32,000 nucleotides of DNA from positions 1,140,001 through 1,172,000 of the forward strand of contig NZ_LT549890.1 in assembly GCF_900079115.1 (NCBI RefSeq). Reading direction: 5' to 3'. The position numbers and the translations under genes were made by a program. Shown piece by piece: positions 20,017 through 28,103 of the stretch. This DNA is from Saccharolobus solfataricus. GTDB lineage: Archaea > Thermoproteota > Thermoprotei_A > Sulfolobales > Sulfolobaceae. Position 1 is the first letter of the stretch. Every line of letters starts with the position of its first letter. A model generated the notes under the pieces. That model did not search any database. It worked only from the letters and a program-made list of their open reading frames with translations, and was not told the DNA's origin.

Positions 20017-20803
20017 ACGTACCAAGAATCAAAAACCTTGCATACAACACTAAACTCCTTCTCGAGCACTGGCAAAATTTCCAAGTATTCTTGTATTTTG
20101 GTCTTGAACTCAACTTCCTCTCCCCTCTCCCTTAACACCTCAACAACCTTTTGTGGTATATACGGTATTATTGTTACTACGTAGGCCTCGTTTGTCCTCA
20201 AGTCTTTTACTGTTATTAGTAAAAGTTGTATTGCCGGCTCGTATCTCTTGTGTTCTCTGCAGTAAAAGACTTGTGCTCCGTTTCTTGATACCGGTATCGC
20301 TCTCGCGTATTCTTTGTGGTCGTGTGTGTCGTCTATTATTAGTAGTACCGGGTGGTCTTTTACTATTTCCTTTACTGCTTTGATCAAGTTTACGTTTGCC
20401 AATTTGTCAAGGTTTTTTAGTACTGTCTCGTAGTCCATACCTATTACCTGGGCTATCTCGGTTGCCGTCCCGCCCATTACTCCTCCAAGTACCAGTTTTG
20501 CTAACGTGTCTTTTCTCACGTCGGTCATGGGGTCGGCTAGTAGCTGGATTGTCTCTTTAAGTGCGTGGTAATACTGTTGTATTGCCGGGATTTTATTCAC
20601 ACGATACTTTATTTGGTTAATTTTTAAAAGTTTTTAAGGTCTCCTCAAACTGCAAGGATTTTCCTATAAATGCTATCCACTATATCTTCAGTTTAATCAC
20701 AAGAAATATGGTTATTAATCATTAATAGTCTGAAATATATAATATTTTACTTAGGCTAACTAGACAAACTCAATTAATTTTAAGTTTTAATTTATCTCGA
20801 GAT

Positions 20804-20823
20804 AAACGAGATCCCCATACTAG
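20804..20823. repeat. Solo ISC1359-like terminal repeat remnant
   Basis: AAACGAGATCCCCATACTAG resembles the right end AAATGAGATTCCCATACTGA of the IS at 19998-20017. I found no partner repeat. Confidence 0.3.
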
Positions 20824-20862
20824 CATACAAATACTCCCATTATTATCATTTCGTGTTCACAT

Positions 20863-21033
20863 GTGGTAATATCCTCTTCCTCACCTTAAATCCTTTTCAA
20901 TTGAATTTCTTTGAACATAATCAGTTTAATTATTTTTACAAACTCAATATTAGCCAAGGAGAGTCATTTCTTGTAAAAAGATTTTTGGTCTATCGTCGCG
21001 CAAGGAGACCTCTACTCCTTTAACCCCACAAAG
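20863..21033 (+). repeat. Left arm of the imperfect inverted repeat bracketing the HEPN-MNT pair (includes mini-element L0, 20970-21033)
   Basis: Aligns by eye, roughly 70-75 percent with small indels, to the reverse complement of 21888-22066. An example is CTTCCTCACCTTAAATC in both arms. Confidence 0.6.
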
Positions 21034-21375
21034 TTAGACTTCTTTATATACGTCAAGAAATTTAGAATACCAAGATACATATTCTTCTTCATTAATCACG
21101 TGAATTTCAAAGGGATTTGGATTGCCTATAGCTTTATTAACCTCATGGTATATTTTCAACCTATCGAATTCATTGCTTACATTAGTTATTATTAAAACGT
21201 CAATATCACTATCAGGTCTGAAATTTCCCCTTATGTAGCTACCAAATAAAATAATCTTAGTACTTGGATCAATATTCTTAACAACTTCTTTAATTCTATC
21301 TAGGTAGAAATTTAAATTTTTTATGTAATTATCTCTCAATCTCTTATTCTCCTCAAGGACCTCGATTATAGACAT
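21034..21375 (-). CDS. Minimal nucleotidyltransferase (MNT) of a HEPN-MNT pair
   Basis: 113 aa. LFGSYIRGNFRPDSDIDVLI is the GSx10-SDxD nucleotidyltransferase signature. Confidence 0.85.
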   Translation of the reverse strand: MSIIEVLEENKRLRDNYIKNLNFYLDRIKEVVKNIDPSTKIILFGSYIRGNFRPDSDIDVLIITNVSNEFDRLKIYHEVNKAIGNPNPFEIHVINEEEYVSWYSKFLDVYKEV

Positions 21376-21719
21376 CCTAGACCCCTCATCATATTCTCTA
21401 CAAAGTTTAAAGCTTTTTCAGCACTCTCCTTTGAGAAAGTATAAGGTAAGTAGCGAGAAGAGATATAAGATTGTACTAAAAAATCCAGCATTAGCTCATC
21501 AATTTCTACCTTCTCAAATCTCCCTAGACTATTGATTAGTACCTTTAAATCATGAGTTTTAGGATAATCACCTAAATGAATATATAATTTATATTTAACG
21601 CAAAGTTGCAGTGCTTGTTCTGAATGAAATACCGATAAATTCCAAATTCCTTCCTCAAAATCTCTCCTTGCATCGTGCAAGAAATTTTTAGCGTTGTTGA
21701 GAAGAAAGCTCATAAGCAA
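21366..21719 (-). CDS. HEPN-domain protein partner of the MNT
   Basis: 117 aa, helical. Overlaps the MNT gene by 10 nt. Size, order and the KTHDL...SSRY regions fit a HEPN domain. Confidence 0.75.
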   Translation of the reverse strand: MLMSFLLNNAKNFLHDARRDFEEGIWNLSVFHSEQALQLCVKYKLYIHLGDYPKTHDLKVLINSLGRFEKVEIDELMLDFLVQSYISSRYLPYTFSKESAEKALNFVENMMRGLGCL

Positions 21720-21887
21720 TTACTCATGTTGCTCGATTTAAATTTATTGAAACTATATGAGGTAAAGTGTTCTTATGTCGTTATCCTATTCGATAATTAG
21801 TAGAAAAATTATATCATCATAGGAGTTTTTCTTAATTATCCGTTTTTAAATGTAGTAGCGTGATTAGAAGTAAGACTGAAAAAGGTT

Positions 21888-22066
21888 TATCTTAATGGGG
21901 GTTAAGGGGGCGGAAGACTCCATCCGTGACGGTAGACCCAAAATCGTTTTACAAAAATAATCCTGTTTGAGTAATATCAGATTCTGGAAAAATAATAGAA
22001 ATTATAGCTTTGTTAAGAATTCAACGACTGAAGAAAGATTTAAGGTGAGGAAGCCGGTATTATCAC
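21888..22066 (-). repeat. Right arm of the inverted repeat bracketing the HEPN-MNT pair (includes mini-element L1, 21891-21955)
   Basis: See the left arm. Homology resumes beyond the SM1-like MITE at 22146-22158, which suggests the MITE inserted into this arm. Confidence 0.6.
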
Positions 22067-22145
22067 TAGTATTTTGGAAAAGTTCTTAGACTATGATCTA
22101 GTGGTATATCCTTTGCCTAAAGCTATAGACTTTCTGAAGGCACTA
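22067..22145 (+). mobile_element. 79-bp MITE with ISC1048-like ends (SM1-like), copy A
   Basis: The element runs from TAGTATTTTGGAAAAGTTCTTAGAC to CTATAGACTTTCTGAAGGCACTA. Both ends mirror the ISC1048 termini at 14856 and 15903. Identical to copy C. Confidence 0.8.
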
Positions 22146-22408
22146 GTGTATCTCTGCTAATTAGTAGCCTTCATATAGTTAATTTCATAACAATCTTTGA
22201 AATAAAGTGAGTTCGCAATGAATATTTGAATCTCTCTTTCTTTGTTTCTATAATATTATATTTCTCTCATCTTATTTTTATTCAGTTATTTGCACTTAGG
22301 GCACTTCTGGAGAATAGTACTGAAGGAGAATGAAAAGTATTCATTAATCTATCTAATGTATAATATCTTAGATGGTATATCTTTTGCCATATTATAAGAA
22401 ACTTTTTA

Positions 22409-22861
22409 ATGAAGAATAAAAACTTATTTCCCATGTTATCGGTGAGCGAAGTAAATGAATTGCTTAAACAAGAAGAAATTTTCAATTTTATAGGGATTGA
22501 ATTTGAAAAACTTGAAAAGGGCTACTCTAGGCTAAAGTTCAATTTTAATGAGAAATTAACTAGAATAGGTGGAATTTTACATGGTGGAGTAGTATTTTCA
22601 GCAGTAGATTATGCAGGGAGTTACGCAGTGAGAACTTTAGATAAAGTAAAAGATGGGGTTACTGCAGAACTAAAAATAAACTTTTTAAAACCAATGAAGG
22701 AGGGACCTTTTACAGTCGAGGCAAGGGTTATAAGTGAGGGAAAAAGATTGGTTGTAGTTGATATATCAGCATATGACGGTAACAGTAATCTATGTGCAAA
22801 GGCTTTGGGAACGTGGGTAGTCTATAGGGAAACTAACTCTGAAACTCAATTATCCTCTTAG
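22409..22861 (+). CDS. PaaI/YbgC-type hotdog-fold thioesterase
   Basis: 150 aa with GGILHGGVVFSAVDYAG. Confidence 0.75.
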   Translation: MKNKNLFPMLSVSEVNELLKQEEIFNFIGIEFEKLEKGYSRLKFNFNEKLTRIGGILHGGVVFSAVDYAGSYAVRTLDKVKDGVTAELKINFLKPMKEGPFTVEARVISEGKRLVVVDISAYDGNSNLCAKALGTWVVYRETNSETQLSS

Positions 22862-23642
22862 CTATCTTATAATGCACGTAATCAACTAACTTATCGTCTA
22901 ACCTTATAGCTCCTCTACCCTCCCTCTTCCCCTTTTCATAAGCCTCTATAACCTTTTTAGCCCACTCAATTTCCTCCTTACTCGGTGAGAACACCTCATT
23001 TGAAATATCAATCTGAGAGGGATGAATAACTTGCTTACCCACATAACCCAGCTTCTTTGCTTCTTCGCATTCCTTCCTAAAACCATCTAGGTTTTTCAAA
23101 TCGAAATAAACCTTATCTATAGCGTCAACGTCATAAGTCCTAGCGACGCTGACAATTAAAGTCTTTACGTACACGTTCTTCTCATAAAAATTGTAGTCCC
23201 CGCCAAGGGACAATGAAAGATCGGCTGCTCCATAACTTACGGCAACAACGCCTTCCGACCTAACTATATCCTCAATCTTAACTAAACCCTTTGCAGTTTC
23301 TATCAATGGTATTAAGGATTTCCCAGTTGCCTTGTAGAGAAATGAAAGGTCGTTCTCAGCCTTTGGTAAGACAATACACGTGATTTTATCCTCCCTTGCG
23401 ATTGTAGAAATGTCCTTATATGAGTCAAGCAATTGTAGGGAATTCACTCTTACGCATAACTCCCTCTTCCCCCAATCCAGTTCCTTCACGAGTTTAATTA
23501 GCGATTCCCTTGCTCTCTCTTTATCCTCAGGAGGTACTGCATCTTCAAGATCGAAAATTATTGAATCAGCCTTTAGTTCAACCGATTTCCTTATCATCTT
23601 TTCGGAAGTTGCAGGGACGTATAACTGAGATCTCCTTATCAT
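22833..23642 (-). CDS. CitE / HpcH-HpaI family (citryl- or malyl-CoA lyase beta-like)
   Basis: 269 aa. RSQLYVPATSEKMIRKS...ADSIIFDLEDAV is the CitE N-terminal signature. Confidence 0.75.
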   Translation of the reverse strand: MIRRSQLYVPATSEKMIRKSVELKADSIIFDLEDAVPPEDKERARESLIKLVKELDWGKRELCVRVNSLQLLDSYKDISTIAREDKITCIVLPKAENDLSFLYKATGKSLIPLIETAKGLVKIEDIVRSEGVVAVSYGAADLSLSLGGDYNFYEKNVYVKTLIVSVARTYDVDAIDKVYFDLKNLDGFRKECEEAKKLGYVGKQVIHPSQIDISNEVFSPSKEEIEWAKKVIEAYEKGKREGRGAIRLDDKLVDYVHYKIAKRIIEFQS

Positions 23643-23672
23643 AAGTTAATAATGGAGGTTGAGCATAAAATC

Positions 23673-24311
23673 TTATCTAAACATTACTGGCAGTATATTT
23701 TGCTTTACATAATCTAAAACTTTCTCCTCATGCATTCGCATCATGTCATAAGCCAAATCTGGACTGCGATTCTTTATGGCTATTACTATACTTTCATGTT
23801 CCCTAAACTCCTCATCTCTTCTCTGAAAGCTGGTAAACAAGGTTATCCTAACAATTTTTAGCTTCAATCTAATACTATCCAAAATATCCACAATGTATTT
23901 ATTATGTGATGCCTCAGCTATTGCCCTATGTAAGTTACCGTTTAAATTAGCTAAGGTTAATGGATCAGCATTTGCTGACCCTCTTATCTCGTTTAAAACA
24001 TTTATGATCTTGTTAATCTCATCTTGGCTAGCTCTTATTGCGGCTAGTTTAGCTGATAGGGATTCTAAGTTTATTCTAACCTCGTAGAGTTGAAGAATAT
24101 CACTTTCTGTTAACGGTATTACAGTGAACGATTTACCGTTCTTTACTATTACTCCCTCCTTTTCTAACCTAGCTAAGGCTTCCCTAATTGGGGTTCTACT
24201 AATCTTAAGTAATGACGCAAGCTCCTCTTCTTTCAAAGTATTGCCGGGTTTGTATTTGCCGGTAATTATGTATTCCAGAATTTTCTCGTAAGCTATTTGT
24301 GATAGTGACAT
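23673..24311 (-). CDS. GntR-family (FadR-type C-terminal domain) transcriptional regulator
   Basis: 212 aa. Winged HTH LKEEELASLLKISRTPIREALARLEKEGVI followed by a helical effector domain. Confidence 0.85.
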   Translation of the reverse strand: MSLSQIAYEKILEYIITGKYKPGNTLKEEELASLLKISRTPIREALARLEKEGVIVKNGKSFTVIPLTESDILQLYEVRINLESLSAKLAAIRASQDEINKIINVLNEIRGSANADPLTLANLNGNLHRAIAEASHNKYIVDILDSIRLKLKIVRITLFTSFQRRDEEFREHESIVIAIKNRSPDLAYDMMRMHEEKVLDYVKQNILPVMFR

Positions 24312-24495
24312 ATGAAATGTTTCTATAGTAAACTTATAAGTGTTACCAATTGAGTCACTTTAAGTATACATGAAAGAAATATTTTTACTGAATAGTAAAT
24401 ACGAATTGTATGAGCATAAATTGCTAAAGAGTCTAGTAGTAAAATTTTTAAAAAAAAAACTAACTATATGGATAAATAGAATAAGGGGAGAACGT

Positions 24496-24574
24496 TAGTG
24501 CTTTCAGAAAGTTTATAGCTTTAGGCAAAGGATATACCACTAGATCATAGTCTAAGAACTTTTCCAAAATACTA
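24496..24574 (-). mobile_element. 79-bp SM1-like MITE, copy B (inverted relative to A and C)
   Basis: The reverse complement differs from copy A at 2 positions. Confidence 0.8.
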
Positions 24575-24784
24575 GTGATGGTTCTTTCATTTAGTATCGT
24601 TAATATGATATTACTTCACGCTAATCACTAATTAGTCTTTTGAAATGTAGAGTCAACTATTCTAAAAACTTTTACAGAAATAAATTGAAAGCTCAAAGAA
24701 GACATGAATCCCCTTATGGATTTTCTCTACTTATGTTTTTCCGTAAGTTATTACTCCTCTTGAAAAATAATCCGCTTAGATATT

Positions 24785-24860
24785 TTTGTAAAATGAATTT
24801 GGAGTCTACCAACTATGCTTGACGAGAAATTGCTAAGGAAAATAAAAGACCTTGATTAAG
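24785..24860 (-). repeat. Mini-element L2 (diverged paralog of the termini of the structured RNA at 30299-30611)
   Basis: TTTGTAAAATGAATTTGGAGTCTACC resembles 30299-30322 TTTGTAAGATGATTTTGGATCTAC. It ends CCTTGATTAAG versus CCTCCATTAAG. Confidence 0.4.
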
Positions 24861-25136
24861 TTCTTCATACATAGGATTTTCGATTTAGTATCAATTAGAC
24901 ATGACTATTAACCACTATTTAAATTGCATTAGATAAGTAACTTGACACAAGCTACAACTAGGGTTATATTGCAATATGAGGTAAAAGCTAATGATTTTTC
25001 CTACGTCAAAAAGAGATAGTTATCCAATTCGGAGTTTAATATTAAAGTAAGGGTAAAACAATTAACTTTCTTTGTATTAATTCTATAAACTTTTCGCCCA
25101 AAAATTTAAATACTCTAAATTCGATAAGGAATTGAT

Positions 25137-26447
25137 ATGCTTAAGGACGATATCCTAAAATTACTAAAGGAGGATGCGGAGTTTAGAAAACAAGTAGAGG
25201 AAATATTAGGTATTTCATTTATAAATGTGACTCTAGCCGACTTAAAGGATATATTGAAAGGGTTATTAGCATCAATGGATAAACTAAAGAGTTCTGTAGA
25301 TCAGCTGGTTGATGCTCAAAGAAGGGCGGAAGAAAGAATAGCGAAGCTTGAAAATGCAGTGGAGCAACTGGTTGAGGCGCAAAAGAGGACTGATGAGAGA
25401 ATAACTAAATTGGAGGAGTCTACGAAGAAGTTGGAGCAAGCTGTACAAGAGCTTATTGAGGCTCAGAAAAAACATGATGAGAGAATAACTAAATTGGAGG
25501 AGTCTACGAAGAAGTTGGAGCAAGCTGTACAAGAGCTTATTGAGGCTCAGAAAAAACATGATGAGAGAATAACTAAATTGGAGGAGTCTACGAAGAAGTT
25601 GGAGCAAGCTGTACAAGAGCTTATTGAGGCTCAGAAAAAACATGATGAGAGAATAACTAAATTGGAGGAGTCTACGAAGAAGTTGGAGCAAGCTGTACAA
25701 GAGCTTATTGAGGCTCAGAAAAAACATGATGAGAGAATAACTAAATTGGAGGAGTCTACGAAGAAGTTGGAGCAAGCTGTACAAGAGCTTATTGAGGCTC
25801 AGAAAAAACATGATGAGAGAATAACTAAATTGGAGGAGTCTATACAGAAATTGGTTGATGCTCAAAGAAGGGCGGAAGAAAGAATAGCGAAGCTTGAAAA
25901 TGCAGTGGAGCAACTGGTTGAGGCGCAAAAGAGGACTGATGAGAGAATAACTAAATTGGAGGAGGTTACTATGAAATTAGTTGAATCTCAATTAGGTATG
26001 CAAAATGAGATTAGAGAGTTAAGGAAAGCTTTAGGAAGTATGGGTAAAAGGTGGGGAAGGGATTTTGAAAAGCTAATAATTGAAATAGTCGACGAGTTAG
26101 CTAAGCAAGAAGGACTAGATTTAAAGTACGTTAATAAGTTCACTTACAAGGATGATAATGGATTATTTGGTCTTAAAGGTGTTGAATATGATGTTGATCT
26201 CTTGATAAAGGACACTAAAGTGTATTTGATAGAGATTAAGTCCTATGTAGAGAAAGATGATGTGAACTGGGCTGCACATAAATTCAATGTGATAGAAAAG
26301 GCTTTAGGTCTAAAGAATACTATCAAAATGATATTTGCAGTTGATGCTACAAATTTAGCAACAAAGAAGGGTGAAGAGTTGGGAATTAAAGTCGTATACG
26401 GAAGTCAATCCGAGGAGGAAGAGAAAGGAGAAGTAAAGGTAGGTTGA
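25137..26447 (+). CDS. Coiled-coil protein with a C-terminal PD-(D/E)XK nuclease-like domain
   Basis: 436 aa. About 270 aa of heptad-rich repeats (…ERITKLEES…), then ...GVEYDVDLLIKDTKVYLIEIKS..., which fits a D...(D/E)xK restriction-endonuclease-like core. Confidence 0.65.
   Translation: MLKDDILKLLKEDAEFRKQVEEILGISFINVTLADLKDILKGLLASMDKLKSSVDQLVDAQRRAEERIAKLENAVEQLVEAQKRTDERITKLEESTKKLEQAVQELIEAQKKHDERITKLEESTKKLEQAVQELIEAQKKHDERITKLEESTKKLEQAVQELIEAQKKHDERITKLEESTKKLEQAVQELIEAQKKHDERITKLEESTKKLEQAVQELIEAQKKHDERITKLEESIQKLVDAQRRAEERIAKLENAVEQLVEAQKRTDERITKLEEVTMKLVESQLGMQNEIRELRKALGSMGKRWGRDFEKLIIEIVDELAKQEGLDLKYVNKFTYKDDNGLFGLKGVEYDVDLLIKDTKVYLIEIKSYVEKDDVNWAAHKFNVIEKALGLKNTIKMIFAVDATNLATKKGEELGIKVVYGSQSEEEEKGEVKVG
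25391..25842 (+). repeat. Perfect 84-bp tandem repeat, 5.4 copies, inside the coiled-coil gene
   Basis: Period 84 nt (28 aa, LEESTKKLEQAVQELIEAQKKHDERITK) starting at 25391. The sixth unit breaks at 25843. Flanked by a roughly 113-bp direct repeat (25306-25418 and 25852-25964). Confidence 0.9.
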
Positions 26448-26964
26448 GCTTTTACTCTTGCCCTATCTATCTCTGAGAGATGCGGTATAACTTAATTTTC
26501 ATGCAAAATATCGTTAGGGCTAAGTTTTTTATATCGTATACGACCCGATTACCTTAAATGCTAGTCTTCTAGGCTATTCACTAGGTGATGAGAATACAAG
26601 ACTTAAAGCGATTACAACCAAAATTTTAGCTTAATTGAGAAAAATTGAGACCGTTTAATGTAAATATTATCGCTCTATATGTAGTAATAGAGAAGCTTTC
26701 ATTAACATTTTGGTTCAATATTGCTGAATAGAGGGAGTGTGGCAACAATTTTAGTAATTTAGTATAAATCGTATATAAAGTCTTCATTTATCCTCAATTC
26801 AGCATATGGTTCAGATGTTGATAAAGAGAAGGTCTCACAAATGTTAAATCCTTTTTCTCCAAAACTTTGATACATAATGAAAGTATTTAATGAAAGTGAC
26901 TTGAAGGAATTTAAACTAAGTTTCAAATGAATGAAATCGTTGTCTACACTCTCTTGCAATTCCC

Positions 26965-28101
26965 TTATGTTATTTTCCTCATTAGCTTATTCTCTAAATC
27001 ACTGAAATGTAATATTCTGAGCCTATTTTTATAACTGTATTTTTCTATATTTCTCTCTACAACTTCAAGGTTTTCTGGAGGAGATATGTAACCATCTTTG
27101 AATTTAGGCAAGGAATAAAATAGATCATTAGGAAAATCCGCAATTGTATACTCTACCATCTCTATTTGACTCTTTACTAGTCCGATATTTAACGTGTATA
27201 TTAAAGATATGGGGGAAGCGTCTGGTCTATCGTGAGGCAAGACTCTCACCTTATACTTAGATGCCAGATCTAATATTTCGAGAAATTTTGTAACCCCTCC
27301 AACCTTAGCAATATCTGGTTGTAGATATGTTATGCCGCTTTCAATTAATTTCTTAAAACCGTATAAAGAATACTCGTTCTCCCCAGCAGCTATTGGTATA
27401 GGAGAAAACTCAGTAAGCTTAGAGAGTAGATCATAATCATTAGGAGGCCATAACGGTTCCTCAATCCATTCAATTTCATATTTATGAACCTTATCTACGA
27501 ACTCCTTAGCCACATCTAGATTATCAAAAGGAGAATTAAGGTCAATCGCTATTTTAACTTCCTTGTAATTCTCTCTTATAGCTTTTACCGCAGCTAAAAC
27601 AGTTGAAGGAGATTGATGAAGTTTAACCAGATCAAAACCTCTTTCTAAAGATTTTCTCGTAGCAATCAAAACATCATCAATTTTACCAAACCTGGGAAAG
27701 CTAGCGTATACTTTCACTGAATCTCTGATTTTATCTCCAATTAATTTATACAATTCTACATTACTTTTTCTAGCTTTTAAACTCCATAATGCCATTTCCA
27801 CTGCACTTATGGCCCCAGAAACCACTCCGCAATTTCCAGCACTAAAAAGAATTTTCTCTAAAATAGTCCTAACGTCTATGGGTTCGCTTAATTCTACTCT
27901 AGATAAAAGTGGTATTGCAATGTCATTTATAATCGAGAGGTAAGAGTTTATAATTCCACTTCCCGCTACTAATGCCTCCCCCCAACCGTAATCTTTTTCA
28001 TCTTCCACTTTAACGTAGAGCTGCACATCCCACGCATCCTTCCAATCAGAGGGAGGTTCAGTATTAAAGGGGATGGATAAAGAAAAAGGCTTAACTTTCA
28101 T
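26965..28101 (-). CDS. Enolase-superfamily enzyme (mandelate racemase/muconate lactonizing or acid-sugar dehydratase type)
   Basis: 378 aa with metal-ligand contexts KIAIDLN, IEEPLWP, AAGENE and KVGGVTKFLEI. Confidence 0.75.
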   Translation of the reverse strand: MKVKPFSLSIPFNTEPPSDWKDAWDVQLYVKVEDEKDYGWGEALVAGSGIINSYLSIINDIAIPLLSRVELSEPIDVRTILEKILFSAGNCGVVSGAISAVEMALWSLKARKSNVELYKLIGDKIRDSVKVYASFPRFGKIDDVLIATRKSLERGFDLVKLHQSPSTVLAAVKAIRENYKEVKIAIDLNSPFDNLDVAKEFVDKVHKYEIEWIEEPLWPPNDYDLLSKLTEFSPIPIAAGENEYSLYGFKKLIESGITYLQPDIAKVGGVTKFLEILDLASKYKVRVLPHDRPDASPISLIYTLNIGLVKSQIEMVEYTIADFPNDLFYSLPKFKDGYISPPENLEVVERNIEKYSYKNRLRILHFSDLENKLMRKIT

Positions 28102-28103
28102 CT

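Larger units (their letters stand above)
18177..20600 (-). pseudogene. IS701/IS4-like DDE transposase gene, interrupted by ISC1359 and carrying an in-frame stop and a frameshift
   Basis: ORF 19992-20600 (LLIIDDTHDHK) joins in frame to 18655-18422 (VVDDYKGLGKRYFFSTN) when 1363 nt are removed. An in-frame TGA at 18422-18424 is followed by ESRWDIEVLIRELKALGLE. Element boundaries are not resolved. Confidence 0.6.

Noticed and set aside
20250-20275. GTGTTCTCTGCAGT, resembling the MITE terminal repeat GTGTTCTCATGCAGT
   Set aside because: It lies inside the transposase coding sequence with no partner repeat. It is probably chance or a relic, and I could not use it to define IS ends.
25284-25928. 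214-aa minus-strand ORF and a possible CRISPR-like periodicity
   Set aside because: The ORF is an antisense artefact of the 84-bp tandem repeat. The repeats are contiguous with no spacers and lie in frame within a coiled-coil gene, so this is not a CRISPR array.
26759-26959. 66-aa minus-strand ORF, 5 nt downstream of the enolase-superfamily gene
   Set aside because: It could be a co-transcribed small protein, but I recognise no motif and the sequence is AT-rich low complexity. There is too little support to call it.
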